In this document: positions 10,425 to 21,042 of the stretch, one piece after another
Numbering within the stretch: position 1 is the first letter of the stretch
Layout: each line of letters begins with the position of its first letter
Origin: Candidatus Zixiibacteriota bacterium
GTDB taxonomy: Bacteria > Zixibacteria > MSB-5A5 > CAIYYT01
NCBI GenBank assembly: GCA_040235515.1
Contig: JBECKX010000008.1
Coordinates: 1-32,434, forward strand
Length of the DNA stretch: 32,434 nt
Direction: 5' to 3'
Position numbers and translations under genes: made by a program
The notes under the pieces: generated by a model
What the model saw: the letters and a program-made list of their open reading frames with translations, nothing else
The model's database searches: none
Told to the model about the DNA's origin: nothing

Positions 10425-10482
10425 ATCTCCCATTCCTCCAAAACTTATAAAAAGCAACAACTTCCGCTGCCAAGAAGTGCAT

Positions 10483-10511
10483 ACGATAGCGCGTTGGCAG
10501 GGGTGTGTCAA
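10483..10511 (-). promoter_or_regulatory. Putative sigma70 promoter
   Basis: Minus strand TTGACA-N17-TATCGT, about 60 bp upstream of ATG 10424. Confidence 0.6.
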
Positions 10512-10647
10512 GCCTAAATTTCTTCCCGAGTTATCCTGCCGATTTCCCTCCCTATTCTGAGACGCGCAAGTAGCGATTTTGACTAAAACTTCTTGCGCCC
10601 ATTGACGATAAAGGAAATGACCCAAAGCTATAACGGCGGGGAGGAAA

Positions 10648-12879
10648 ATGATCGAGTGCGCACAATGCGGTACTGCGAACATGTTCGACGGCGCAGCCTT
10701 TTGCCGAAGCTGCGGCGCCAAACTGGACGGTCCCAGGGCCGTCGCAACCGCTACTAAGACATCAAAGAAAAATCGACAGGATCAGGACACTCCTGAGAAC
10801 TTCAACCGGTCCGCAGAGCGAGCTGATCACGCTGATCAGGCTGACCACGTTGCAGCGGATCACCCCGATAACGATCTCGAAGTGCGTGAATCATACGAGG
10901 AACCGGAAAATCAGGGCAATGAAGATCAAGATTTAGATAGACTCAACGCTCAGGACCTCGATTCCGACCGGATGGCAGGAAACTTCTCCGCCCAACCGGC
11001 CGCCGGGGAAGCCTCCGGAACAACGGACTCGCACAAACCGAACGCCTCAGATTTCGACCGCGCCCTGGAAACCTATAACCGCCAAGCAGACGAGCCTCAA
11101 CAACTCTCTGCCGCCGATGATGAAGGGCACGAGAGTCTCGAGATCGAATCTGCCGCAGATGTCCTGATGCGTACTCAGGCCGACGAGAAAGTCGAACAGC
11201 CGGAGCCGCGCTCCTCGCTGACGCCCGGAGAGGCTCAGAAACCCTCCGCCGACGGCTCCCCGCTCCAGGAAGCGGTTTCGGCCAGCGAAAGACAGCAGTT
11301 GCTCGACAACCTCAATAAGACGCTGCATCCGAATTCTGAAGCGCATCCTGCAACCGATTCCGGAGATGACAGCGTTAGCGATTCTGCTCCGGCAACCACC
11401 CTGCCATCCGCTTACGATGACATCGACAGCGATCAGGTCGATATCGGCTGGGGAGCCACCCCCGAAATCGATGCAGATACTGACAGCCCGGCCCATGATA
11501 TCCTGCACTATCGCGGCAACAAAGTACTGCTGGCGATGACGCCGCCGCCACGCCAGGGTGAAACGATCAAGTTCCGCGGAAAAAAGTATGCCCTGCGCAA
11601 AGGCCCGCTCGATAAGAAAACACTCGGTCTCTCCGCCGCGCTCGTGCTGGTGTTGCTCGCAATCATCCTGGTTCAGCAACTGACCGCCCCGGTGCCGCCG
11701 GAACCGGCCCTGTTCGGGGTCGTCAAGAACTCCGAAACGAACGAAGTGCTCGCTGGAGTCAACGTTTCGATTCCTCAGCTCGACATCTTCACCATTACCG
11801 ATGAATATGGCTCCTTCCGCTTCGCCGGACTCCACAACAACACCTACCAGGTGCGGCTCGAAGGCGAACTCTACGAAGCCAAATTCTATCCGGTCAGCAT
11901 AACCGATAACAACAGCGCCTTCCTGCAGGCCAGCCTCGATCCGATTCTCAATCAGCCGAAACAGAGCCGCAGCGCCGTTGATGATGAACCGCAGGAAACC
12001 AAGCCGCGTGTCGGACAACTGAAAATCAGCTGCAATGTCGAGGATGCTTCCGTTATCGTTAACGGCAAGGATCTCGGCACCACCGGACGTACCTTCTCGC
12101 GCATGAAGATCGGCGAACACGAGTTACTCGTGCGCAAAGAGGGCTATCAGGACTTCACGCAGCCGATCAAAATCGATCCGGGTGAACTGACCGAAGTCAA
12201 CGTCAACCTGCTGGCCGTTGAGCCGGACGAGCCAAAAGTCGCCACAGCAGCCGATCACTTCGAAAAAGCTGAAGAACTGATGCAGCTTCACAAATACACC
12301 GAAGCCGCCGGCCACTATACCCTCGCGCTCGCGAAGGACAAAGATTATGTGCAGGCCTACCTGCGCCGGGCTGAAGCAAACGTCGCGCTGAAAAAAGACC
12401 TCGCCGCACGCGCCGATTATCGTGCCGCGGCCGATTTCTATCTCAATTCCAACCGCTATCGGAACGCGATTGTCTGCTTCGACAAAATCCTTGAACTCGC
12501 CCCCAACTCAGTAGGCGCTCTTCAGATGCGCGGCTGGGCCAAGATTTGGAATGACGACAAAGAAGGCGGTCTCTTCGACCTCAATCGCGCGCTCTCAATC
12601 GTCCCCGAGGATGTTGATGCCCGCTTCCAGGTCGGTAAAGCGCTCTATGTCACCGGCAATTTCAAGGAAGCCGAGAAGGCTCTCAAGAAGCTCAAGGATG
12701 ATGCAGACAAGAAGCCGGAGATTTACGCCTACCTCGCGCTCACGCATCTTGCCCGCGGCGACGAGAAGGATGCTCGCAAGTCGTACGAGAAATTCCAGCA
12801 GTACGCGAACTCGACTCTGCAGGCAAGGATGTCCGCCGAGAACGATTGGCAGAAATTGCTGGCGATTCAGGAGAATTGA
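10648..12879 (+). CDS. Zinc-ribbon / TM / carboxypeptidase-regulatory-like / PEGA / TPR protein
   Basis: CAQC...CRSC ribbon, long acidic linker, TM LGLSAALVLVLLAIILV, GVVKNSETNEVLAGVNV...TDEYGSFRF, PEGA-like GQLKISCNVEDASVIVNG...GEHELLVRKEGY, C-terminal TPRs; GGAGG RBS. Confidence 0.8.
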   Translation: MIECAQCGTANMFDGAAFCRSCGAKLDGPRAVATATKTSKKNRQDQDTPENFNRSAERADHADQADHVAADHPDNDLEVRESYEEPENQGNEDQDLDRLNAQDLDSDRMAGNFSAQPAAGEASGTTDSHKPNASDFDRALETYNRQADEPQQLSAADDEGHESLEIESAADVLMRTQADEKVEQPEPRSSLTPGEAQKPSADGSPLQEAVSASERQQLLDNLNKTLHPNSEAHPATDSGDDSVSDSAPATTLPSAYDDIDSDQVDIGWGATPEIDADTDSPAHDILHYRGNKVLLAMTPPPRQGETIKFRGKKYALRKGPLDKKTLGLSAALVLVLLAIILVQQLTAPVPPEPALFGVVKNSETNEVLAGVNVSIPQLDIFTITDEYGSFRFAGLHNNTYQVRLEGELYEAKFYPVSITDNNSAFLQASLDPILNQPKQSRSAVDDEPQETKPRVGQLKISCNVEDASVIVNGKDLGTTGRTFSRMKIGEHELLVRKEGYQDFTQPIKIDPGELTEVNVNLLAVEPDEPKVATAADHFEKAEELMQLHKYTEAAGHYTLALAKDKDYVQAYLRRAEANVALKKDLAARADYRAAADFYLNSNRYRNAIVCFDKILELAPNSVGALQMRGWAKIWNDDKEGGLFDLNRALSIVPEDVDARFQVGKALYVTGNFKEAEKALKKLKDDADKKPEIYAYLALTHLARGDEKDARKSYEKFQQYANSTLQARMSAENDWQKLLAIQEN

Positions 12880-12930
12880 AGTTCTGGCTTGCGCCCTTAG
12901 TCAATCAGCGCAAGTTTGAAGACGTTCAGG

Positions 12931-12953
12931 CGGCGGCTCGCAGTGAGTCGCCG
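12931..12953. terminator. Hairpin between convergent genes
   Basis: CGGCGGCTC-gcagt-GAGTCGCCG between the TPR gene and rlmH; weak U-tract. Confidence 0.45.
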
Positions 12954-12976
12954 TTCTGCGTTATCCCCCGAAAGCA

Positions 12977-13441
12977 TCACTTGTGGTATTTCCCGCCTGC
13001 CAGAAGCGAATAGGAACGATACAGCTGTTCCAGCAGCACCACCAGGCTCAACTCATGCGGGAGCGTGAATCTCGACAACGATAATAATGCCGTCGCGTTG
13101 CGCTTGATCTCTGCATTCAGCCCATACGCTCCGCCGATAAAGAACTGCAGCGGCTTGCCCGCACTCTCCTGCTGCTGCAGAAACTGCGCGAATTCTTCCG
13201 ACGAGTACTGCGCACCCGTTGCATCCAATACAACATTACAGCGCCCGGGATCGAAGCGCGCAGCCAGACGCTCAGACTCGACATCTACGCTGCGCTGATT
13301 CTCCGCAGTCGAGGCGGCTTCCCTGACCTGGCTTAACTCAACTTTGCGGTATTTTGAGAGTAACTTCGTGTAATGTTCAACCCCCTTACCGATCCATCCC
13401 GCTCGCGGTTTGCCAACCGTGACAATCTCGATCTGCGGCAT
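12977..13441 (-). CDS. rlmH: 23S rRNA (pseudouridine1915-N3)-methyltransferase
   Basis: IVTVGK N-terminus, FFIGGAYGL, LSLSRFTLPH, LLEQLYR, KYHK C-terminus. Confidence 0.95.
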   Translation of the reverse strand: MPQIEIVTVGKPRAGWIGKGVEHYTKLLSKYRKVELSQVREAASTAENQRSVDVESERLAARFDPGRCNVVLDATGAQYSSEEFAQFLQQQESAGKPLQFFIGGAYGLNAEIKRNATALLSLSRFTLPHELSLVVLLEQLYRSYSLLAGGKYHK

Positions 13442-13839
13442 CAGCCTGCTATCGTCTTAACAAATACACGGCGCGTGCGGCGGCCATCGAATTCGCAGAA
13501 CATGATCCCCTGCCATGTTCCCAGAAGCAGCTTTCCCTCGCGCACAATCAGCGTCTCCGAACAGCCCACCAGCGAAGATTTAATATGAGAATCTGAATTC
13601 CCCTCCGCATGATCGTAGCCATCTTCTCTGGGGTAGACCTCATTGAGCTTGCGGGTGATGTCACTCTTGACCGACGGATCCGCGTTCTCATTGATCGTAA
13701 TGGCAGCCGTCGTGTGCGGCGTGAACACTACGCAGATTCCATCCCGTATTCCCGAGGCGGCTACCGCTTCGGATACCCGCGGTGTGATATCGATGAACTG
13801 CGTTCGTGAGCTTGTCTCAATTTTCAGTTCCGTGATCAT
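13441..13839 (-). CDS. yjbQ: YjbQ/UPF0047 family (secondary thiamine-phosphate synthase)
   Basis: PHTTAAITINENADP, HAEGNSDSHIKSSL, LGTWQGIMFCEFDG. Confidence 0.93.
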   Translation of the reverse strand: MITELKIETSSRTQFIDITPRVSEAVAASGIRDGICVVFTPHTTAAITINENADPSVKSDITRKLNEVYPREDGYDHAEGNSDSHIKSSLVGCSETLIVREGKLLLGTWQGIMFCEFDGRRTRRVFVKTIAG

Positions 13840-14753
13840 GAGAACAGCGCCTCCACGAATTCCTCCGGTTTAAACTCATCGAGATCATCCATCTGCTCGC
13901 CCAGTCCGATCAGCACCACCGGGAGCTGGAATCGGTCGACGATGGAGAATACTACGCCTCCCTTCGCCGTTCCGTCAAGCTTGGTCACGATGATCCCGTC
14001 GATCTCGAGCATCTGCTTGAATATCTCCACCTGCTGCAGCGCATTCTGCCCCGTGGTACCATCGATCACCAACAGCGTACGATGAGGGGCCGACGCCTGG
14101 GCCTTCGCCACGACTCGCTTTACCTTGCTCAGTTCCTCCATCAGATTCGTCTTGGTGTGCAGGCGACCTGCCGTGTCGATAATCACCACGTCCTCACCGC
14201 GCGCCTCGGCCGACTTCACCGAATCAAACGCAACGGAGGCACTGTCGCCCCCCTCCTTACCCTTCACTATCCTGCAGCCGACTCGATCCGCCCAGATTTG
14301 AAGTTGGTCAATGGCGGCAGCACGGAATGTGTCCGCGGCAGCCATCGTCACCTTCTTGCCATCGTTGACAAACCTGCGGGCGATCTTCGCAATCGACGTC
14401 GTTTTGCCTGTGCCGTTAACACCTACGATCATGATCACATGGGGATTTCCACTGGCGCTGAAAATAGAGTTGCCGTTGCTGGCGGGAAACAATTCGACCA
14501 GCGACTCCTTGAGCAGCCGGTTGACATCTTCGACACTATCGTAACCTTGCTTGGACGCCCGCTCACGCAGCGATTCGAGCACTTTCAGCGTGGTCTCGAC
14601 ACCTACGTCAGAAGTGATCAGAATCTCTTCCAGGTCATCCAGAAGCTCCTGGTCGATCTTCTTGCGTAACCCAACGGCGGTCTTGATCCGCGATACAAGG
14701 TTGTCTTTGGTTTTGGAAAGCCCCGCGGTGAGTTTCTTAAACGAAAATCCCAT
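13836..14753 (-). CDS. ftsY: Signal recognition particle receptor FtsY
   Basis: GVNGTGKTTSIAK, AADTFRAAA, DTAGRLH, TKLDGTAKGG. Confidence 0.97.
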   Translation of the reverse strand: MGFSFKKLTAGLSKTKDNLVSRIKTAVGLRKKIDQELLDDLEEILITSDVGVETTLKVLESLRERASKQGYDSVEDVNRLLKESLVELFPASNGNSIFSASGNPHVIMIVGVNGTGKTTSIAKIARRFVNDGKKVTMAAADTFRAAAIDQLQIWADRVGCRIVKGKEGGDSASVAFDSVKSAEARGEDVVIIDTAGRLHTKTNLMEELSKVKRVVAKAQASAPHRTLLVIDGTTGQNALQQVEIFKQMLEIDGIIVTKLDGTAKGGVVFSIVDRFQLPVVLIGLGEQMDDLDEFKPEEFVEALFS

Positions 14754-14807
14754 TTATCTTCGGCAGATTCTACAATGTTAACTCATCCAGACGAATCCGG
14801 CGGCCCG

Positions 14808-17800
14808 CTATTCGCGCTCACCATCGGAGGATGCCAGATGCTCTTCGCTATCGGCATTTCCATCTGAATTTTCATCGGCGCCCTCAGCACTCTCAACCGA
14901 AGCTGCCAGCGCCGCCTTCGCATCTTCTTCACTTATACGAGACTTCGTCTCTGTCGCGACGGACTCATCCTGAACCTGATCGGCTTCTTCGCTGATGAAT
15001 TTGAGTACCTCAACCTCGGTCGCGCGACTCTTGTTCGTGAAGTCTACACTCACTACCTGGCTCACTCCCGGCTTCTGCATCGTGACACCATAGAGCCTGT
15101 CACACTGCTCCATCGTCCGCTTGTTGTGAGTGATCAGGATAAACTGTGTGCGACCGACGAAGCTGCGAATCATGCGCAGGAAACGCAGAACGTTGGCATC
15201 GTCGAGCGGGGCATCAACTTCGTCCAGAATGCAGAATGGCGATGGCTTCACCAGGTAGATCGCAAACAGCAACGAGATCGCCGTCAGTGCCTTCTCACCA
15301 CCCGATAGCTGGGAGATATTGTGGAATCGCTTTCCGCGCGGTCTGGCCGAAATCATGATCGGCGACTCAAGCGGATCACCCTCGTCCTCAAGTCGAATAT
15401 CGGCCTCCCCCCCCTGGAACAACTCGGCGAACACCTTCTGGAAATTCGTGCGCACTTCATTGAAAGTATCGTAGAACATCTTGCGCGCCGTCGTGTTGAT
15501 GCGGGTAATCGTGGCCTTGAGATCATCCTTCGCCTTGGTCAGATCCTCGATCTGATTCCGCAGGAATTCCTCGCGCTCCGCCTCCTTCTCATACTCCTCC
15601 AGCGCAAGCATATTGACCATGCCAAGCTGCTGCTGCTTCTCGCGACTATCCGCTAATTCGACCTCCATCTCGTGATAGGTCTCATCTCCAAGCGGCTCCG
15701 GCATCGTCATCTGCTCGGCGTCGATCTCAAACGCATCCGCTAGCTGCGTGGCGACATCCTCAAGTCGAGCCTTGATCTCCGTCTCGCTTACCAGCAGCTT
15801 TTGGTTTTCCTCCGACAGCTCATCGCGCGACTGCCGCGTCGTCTTCAACAACTGCTCATATTCCGACTGCTTCTCCGTGAGTTCGCCCTGGCGCTTGGTC
15901 AGTTCGCCCTCCTCATTCCGCATCTCATCAAGCTGACCACTTCGTTCACGCAGGCGTTCGCGGGTCTCCGCGAGCTTTTCCTTCAACTCCCGCAATTCAC
16001 CCTGTCGCTGTTCCACCGCGCCCTTGCGGTTTTCACGCTGCTGATTGTGTTCTTCAACCAGCTCGACCGTACGGGTGAAATTGCCTTCGAGGGATGCCAC
16101 CTCTGACTGCAACCGAACGACGCGCATCCTGGCATCGTCCAGCCGACGCCCTGCGGTTGTAACGTCATTCTCCAGTCGCTGCAGGTGGCTCTCACGTTCG
16201 TGCAGCGCCTGCTCCTTCCCTTCGCGGTCGGCATCCAGCCGTGAGTAGTCAGACTCGATCTTTTCCAGATCAGCCCTCAGCGCCGCTTTCTTACTCTCAA
16301 GAGTTTCTATCTGCTGGCGAGTTTCTTCGATACGTTCATGCAACTGATCGTAGCGAGATTGTCTGCCGGTCTGGTCAACCTGCAGTTGCGAAATCTTTTG
16401 CCGCACGGTCGAAAGCTCGTAAGTCGCCTCGTCAATCTGTACCTTCAGCCGCGCTTCTTCTTCCCGCTGCTCTACCAGTGTGGATTCAAGCGTAACAATC
16501 AGGCGCTCTTTTTCCTGCACGCGCTCGCGCAGAACCTGCAATTCTTCTTCGCGACCCAATAGCGAAAGACTCTTCTGACCGCCGCCGGAACGCAACTCCC
16601 GCGACAGGAACAGGCGTCCCTCATTCGTGACGATCCTGCCGGTCGCCTGCTCGCTCTGCAACATCGCTTCGGCTATCTCTTGCGAAGCCGCAATTCTTAC
16701 ATCACCAAGCAATAATGCCGCGAGCTTTTCGAACCCGGCCCTTGTCTTAACCACATCCAGAGCAGCAATAGCCTGTCCCGCAGAAGAGTTTGCTGTCGCC
16801 GCTGTTCCGGTCTCATACTTCCGCAATTCATCGGCTATCACAAATGTTACTCGGCCAAGGTCGTTGGCACGCAGATGCTCAATTGCAGCCTCCGCGGCCT
16901 CTCTCGTCTCCACCACCACATACTCGGCGGCATCCCCGAGCGCCGTCTCGACCGCCAGGCGGTAACGCTGCTCGGTGTTGATAAGATTCGCGACCGTATC
17001 GACGATCCCGCTCAGGCCGCTCTCCTCCGCGAAGAGCGCACTGACGCCTGAACCATAGCCCTCATAGTGGGCGATCATCCGCTCCAGCATCTGAATCTCA
17101 GTGGCGATACCGCGCAGGTCGGAGCGAGCCTCGCTCAATTCTTTCTCGCGCGCGTCGATATCCGCTTCGACCGACTGGCGCGCCGAGGTCAACTCCTCGA
17201 TCTTCGTCGTCAGCGTTTCCTGGCGCGACCGCGTTTCAGCGAGCGTCTCAGCAATCCGCGCCAACTCTGCTTCAACCACGTTCTGTTCGCGGCCGAACTC
17301 TGAAACTCGTTCACCGGCGGCGGATGTCTCCCGCTCCAGCTCGTCAAGTTGTGCATTGATTCGTTGGCGTGATTGATCGGAAAGCGACCGTTGCCCCTCC
17401 AGCTCAAACAGGTCGCGCTGCTGATTCTCAGCCGACTTGCGGGCTTGCTCCAGCGAGGCGAGCTTCTCCGCTGCTTCACGTTCCTGCTGCTCAAGCTCGA
17501 TTTGCGCCCGCTCAAGCTCTTCCTGGCTGAACTTTATCTTCTCGCTCAACTCGATCTTTTCACGTTCGAGCTGAGCCAGCTTTTCTGCAATACGATCAAT
17601 ATCGCTGGCATCACTGCGGTTGGCGGAATCCGCGCCGCTGATTCTCTCCTCTGTCACGGAGATCTCGGTCTCGAGCCGGTGACACTCCGCCGAACATTCC
17701 TCCACCCTCTGACGCAGCGTTCGCAGCTCCTGAGACACCTCCAGATTGCGACCCGCGTAGTCCTCGCGTCCCAGCTCCCACTTGTCGAGTTCACCCGCTA

Positions 17801-18572
17801 ACTGGGCCAGCTTGATCTGGCTGATTCGCTTCTCCTCGCGTACTTTCTCGAGCTGAACGTGCAGCCTGCGATAGCGCTCCTTCAGGAGCACCTGGCCCAG
17901 GTGCTTGATCCGCTCCTCGAGGTTCTTGTACCGCTCAGCCTTGCGCATCTGTCTGCTCAGACTGTTCGCCTGCGTTCTGACCTCCGCATGGATATCCATC
18001 AATCGGAACAAATCCTGCTCCGTCGCCTCCAGCTTGCGAATCGCCGCACGCTTCCGGTTCTTATAGCGCGTAATTCCCGCGGCCTCCTCGAACAGCATCC
18101 GCCGTTGATCGGCTTTGTCTGAGAGGATCTGCTCAACCATGTCAAGCTCGATCGCGGAGTACGCGTTCGCCCCCATGCCCGTGTCCGCGAACAACTCCGT
18201 AATATCTTTCAGACGGCACACGACGTTGTTCAGCAGATACTCCGATTCGCCGTCGCGATAAAGCCTGCGTGTAATCGTAATGTTGTTGTATTCGGTGGGA
18301 AGAACTCCGTGGGAATTCACGATATGCAGCGATACCTCCGCCATCCCCAGCGGCTTCAGCTCGCGCGTACCGGAGAATATCACATCCTGCATCTGACCGC
18401 CGCGCAGGATCGAAATCCGCTGCTCCCCCAGAACCCAACGGATGGCGTCAAGCACGTTCGTCTTGCCGCAACCATTCGGCCCCACAACCCCCGTTATGCC
18501 GTTCGCAAATTCAACAGTTGTTTTAAAAGGAAACGATTTAAAGCCTATTATCTCCAAGCCTGATAAATACAA
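14808..18572 (-). CDS. smc: Chromosome segregation protein SMC
   Basis: GFKSF, GPNGCGKTN, coiled coils, hinge (GRVTF), LSGGEKAL, CILDEVDAPLD; TTG start with GGAG RBS. Confidence 0.97.
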   Translation of the reverse strand: MYLSGLEIIGFKSFPFKTTVEFANGITGVVGPNGCGKTNVLDAIRWVLGEQRISILRGGQMQDVIFSGTRELKPLGMAEVSLHIVNSHGVLPTEYNNITITRRLYRDGESEYLLNNVVCRLKDITELFADTGMGANAYSAIELDMVEQILSDKADQRRMLFEEAAGITRYKNRKRAAIRKLEATEQDLFRLMDIHAEVRTQANSLSRQMRKAERYKNLEERIKHLGQVLLKERYRRLHVQLEKVREEKRISQIKLAQLAGELDKWELGREDYAGRNLEVSQELRTLRQRVEECSAECHRLETEISVTEERISGADSANRSDASDIDRIAEKLAQLEREKIELSEKIKFSQEELERAQIELEQQEREAAEKLASLEQARKSAENQQRDLFELEGQRSLSDQSRQRINAQLDELERETSAAGERVSEFGREQNVVEAELARIAETLAETRSRQETLTTKIEELTSARQSVEADIDAREKELSEARSDLRGIATEIQMLERMIAHYEGYGSGVSALFAEESGLSGIVDTVANLINTEQRYRLAVETALGDAAEYVVVETREAAEAAIEHLRANDLGRVTFVIADELRKYETGTAATANSSAGQAIAALDVVKTRAGFEKLAALLLGDVRIAASQEIAEAMLQSEQATGRIVTNEGRLFLSRELRSGGGQKSLSLLGREEELQVLRERVQEKERLIVTLESTLVEQREEEARLKVQIDEATYELSTVRQKISQLQVDQTGRQSRYDQLHERIEETRQQIETLESKKAALRADLEKIESDYSRLDADREGKEQALHERESHLQRLENDVTTAGRRLDDARMRVVRLQSEVASLEGNFTRTVELVEEHNQQRENRKGAVEQRQGELRELKEKLAETRERLRERSGQLDEMRNEEGELTKRQGELTEKQSEYEQLLKTTRQSRDELSEENQKLLVSETEIKARLEDVATQLADAFEIDAEQMTMPEPLGDETYHEMEVELADSREKQQQLGMVNMLALEEYEKEAEREEFLRNQIEDLTKAKDDLKATITRINTTARKMFYDTFNEVRTNFQKVFAELFQGGEADIRLEDEGDPLESPIMISARPRGKRFHNISQLSGGEKALTAISLLFAIYLVKPSPFCILDEVDAPLDDANVLRFLRMIRSFVGRTQFILITHNKRTMEQCDRLYGVTMQKPGVSQVVSVDFTNKSRATEVEVLKFISEEADQVQDESVATETKSRISEEDAKAALAASVESAEGADENSDGNADSEEHLASSDGERE

Positions 18573-18596
18573 GCTGCCTCTCCTTATTCCATGGAG

Positions 18597-19166
18597 TTAT
18601 GATCTCTCGGTGATGTCAGGCATGACCGACTGAAGCTGCACGGAAGTCAGAACATCCATCATGCTCCGATACATCTTCAATTCGTCATGTTGATAGTTGG
18701 ACCGAATCTCAAAATTGTGCAGGGGCGCTCCCCAGACACCGGCGAGTCCAATTCGCAAGCCAGCCTTAGAGTGGATTGCGACTAAGGCATTAAAAACATT
18801 TTTATGAGTTTCAAAATCGATAAAAACCGATGCGTCAAATTCTTCGACCTTCTTGAAAAAGCCCTTCTTCGGCAAACCCATCCAGTTGGTCGCATACAAG
18901 TCGGGCGCCACGGTATGGATGCCGCTGCGGCGCGCAACCTCCGTGTCACCCTTCGGAACCGCAATCATCAGGTCGCTGGATGGGAAAATCACCGGCAGTT
19001 CAGAGACCATCCGGAGCAGCACGCTGTTGGTCTGTATCCCGAAAGGCAGCGTGATCAACATCCGCTTGCTTCCCTGCATCGAACCGGGGAACTCGAACTC
19101 GTCCATCGACAGCGAACGGCTCTTCAGCGCGATCATCTGGTATTGGGCTTTTTCTTTAAGCTTCAT
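18597..19166 (-). CDS. Conserved hypothetical protein (DUF6913-like, GT9 N-terminal-like)
   Basis: NWMGLPKK...FIDF...SKAGLRIG pattern; lies in the operon upstream of smc. Family assignment is from memory. Confidence 0.55.
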   Translation of the reverse strand: MKLKEKAQYQMIALKSRSLSMDEFEFPGSMQGSKRMLITLPFGIQTNSVLLRMVSELPVIFPSSDLMIAVPKGDTEVARRSGIHTVAPDLYATNWMGLPKKGFFKKVEEFDASVFIDFETHKNVFNALVAIHSKAGLRIGLAGVWGAPLHNFEIRSNYQHDELKMYRSMMDVLTSVQLQSVMPDITERS

Positions 19167-19262
19167 AATCCTCTAAGTTTCGATCTTGTTCAAAACGAAA
19201 GATGGGGCGCAGACCATTTCCGAGTCCTGCTCGGCTCAACCCCTATTCATTATGTCGACCGC

Positions 19263-20174
19263 CTACCGCCATTCCAACAGGAGCGTGCTATCCACAAATT
19301 GAATATAATTCTCGCGCGTAATGCTGCCCGAAAAGACTCCCGTGCTGCTGAGCGGTGATAGCCGGATCGGAAGTGAATCCACCCAAACCCGTGCCCGCTC
19401 CGGTACACCGATTTTGATCCAGAGGCTGTCCTGCATCGTGCAGCGAATCGGGTCATTCGGCAATACATAGCCAACTTCGATACTCTCCGCGTCGGCATAT
19501 ACCTCGGCATAGCACGTATCACTCGCTTCTACCAGAATCATTATCCGCTCCAGCACCCCGAGCGTGTCTGCAGTCTCGGTCGCGCTGTCTGCGACTACTG
19601 CCGGCATCTGCGTTGTCACCGATGGTGTCGACACCGGCGTCGCACCCTTGCCACCCCAGAACTTCAGCACGATCACCAGGACAACCACGATCAGCACAGC
19701 GATGATCGCCAGAGTGATCATGTGAGTCCGCGTCCGCTTTATCCCCCCCGCAGCCGCAGTCGGCATCTTGCGGATATCTTTGCGGATCTCCCGCTCGATC
19801 TCACTCTTCGCTGGCTCCTTGCCCGCGTCAGGATCCTCCTTGGGACGCGATTCACGCTCCGGTAAACGCAGGAGCGCTTCCTCAAGGTCAATTCCGAGGT
19901 ACTCCGAGTATGCCTTCAGGAACAGATCCTTATAAATCGGTCCCGGCAACTCCTCGTAACGCTCTTCCTCGATCGCCGTCAGAAACCTGCTGTGAATCTT
20001 CAGGCTCTCCGCAATCTCCTCGATCCCCAATTCCTTCTGCAGCCTGATGCTTTTAAGCAAGTCACCGATCGACTTTGCGTCATCCTGACCAAACTCAAAA
20101 CTCAAACCGTGTGTCTCCCAGTATCTATCTCTATCGTCTCTCTCAAACCTTCGCGCCTTCCTCAGAACCCGCAA
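19263..20174 (-). CDS. rodZ: RodZ-like helix-turn-helix membrane protein
   Basis: IGDLLKSIRLQKELGIEEIAESLKI...LTAIEE...LPGPIY...FLKAYSEYLG HTH, single TM, C-terminal DUF4115-like domain; start uncertain. Confidence 0.8.
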   Translation of the reverse strand: MRVLRKARRFERDDRDRYWETHGLSFEFGQDDAKSIGDLLKSIRLQKELGIEEIAESLKIHSRFLTAIEEERYEELPGPIYKDLFLKAYSEYLGIDLEEALLRLPERESRPKEDPDAGKEPAKSEIEREIRKDIRKMPTAAAGGIKRTRTHMITLAIIAVLIVVVLVIVLKFWGGKGATPVSTPSVTTQMPAVVADSATETADTLGVLERIMILVEASDTCYAEVYADAESIEVGYVLPNDPIRCTMQDSLWIKIGVPERARVWVDSLPIRLSPLSSTGVFSGSITRENYIQFVDSTLLLEWR

Positions 20175-20246
20175 GATCCGTCGCTCAAACCCGCCGCCGA
20201 TGTCCCGCTGCTTACGGCAGGACTGAACACACTAGCTCGGTGCGCC

Positions 20247-20897
20247 TCACCCCTCCATCTCCCGCAGCATCCGCACAAACAACTCGATCGGAAACCCGAT
20301 CACGTTGAGCAAACTTCCCTCAAGCTTCTCCACCAGCAACTCACCCATTCCCTGGATGCCATACGCGCCGGCCTTATCCATCGGCTCACCCGAATCGACA
20401 TAACACTTGATGTCTGCCGATTTCAGGTCATTGAAAGTCACATAACTCTTCTCGCCATCGACATAAATCTTGTCAGACTTGCCGTTGCGCAGCGCCAGCG
20501 CCGTCATCACCCAATGCCGCCGTCCTGAGAGAAAACGCAGGATCCGGCGCGCATCCAGATTATCGACCGGTTTGCCCAGTATCTTGTCATTGAGGACCAC
20601 GATCGTATCCGCAGCGATCGTCAGCGACTCATCCGCCGGTATCGATTCCAGCTTGAGCCTGGCCAGCGTGATGGCATAATCGCGCGGAGATTCAATTCCG
20701 TCAAGGTCTTCATTCACGTCCGGCACAATTATCTTCGGCGCAATCCCGGCCAGCCGCAGGATCTGCTTCCGTCTAGGCGACCCGGAAGCCAACGTTACCG
20801 GGCGTCCGCCGATCAGACGTTGAAGCTCTTCTTTAAGCTGGTCCTCTATATGCAGCGAGAATCGTTTCTTCAAAGTCATACTGGCTGTTTCTGTCAT
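20247..20897 (-). CDS. maf: Maf-family nucleoside triphosphate pyrophosphatase
   Basis: LASGSPRRKQIL, AADTIVV...ILGKP, EPMDKAGAYGIQG, NVIGFP. Confidence 0.95.
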   Translation of the reverse strand: MTETASMTLKKRFSLHIEDQLKEELQRLIGGRPVTLASGSPRRKQILRLAGIAPKIIVPDVNEDLDGIESPRDYAITLARLKLESIPADESLTIAADTIVVLNDKILGKPVDNLDARRILRFLSGRRHWVMTALALRNGKSDKIYVDGEKSYVTFNDLKSADIKCYVDSGEPMDKAGAYGIQGMGELLVEKLEGSLLNVIGFPIELFVRMLREMEG

Positions 20898-20969
20898 TCG
20901 GGTGTCTGTCCGTCAAATCGCAATCAATTGTCGGAGTCCAAGGATCCGGGGTGCAGTTTCACTCAACTC

Positions 20970-21042
20970 TGGGTGCCCCACCGCTCTGCGGTGGGCTTCC
21001 GCGCGCGGTGTACGTCCTCGTGCACCGCTTTTTCAGCCCCAG
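20970..21042. repeat. Structured intergenic element (two hairpins, REP-like)
   Basis: CCCACCGC-tct-GCGGTGGG and GCGGTG-tacgtcctcgtg-CACCGC followed by TTTTT; the core GCACGAGGACGTAC recurs at 24911-24924. Confidence 0.55.

Noticed and set aside
10425..10721. N-terminal 99-aa extension of ORF 9393..10721
   Set aside because: Overlaps the divergent gene and a promoter; the lipobox and RBS support a start at 10424.
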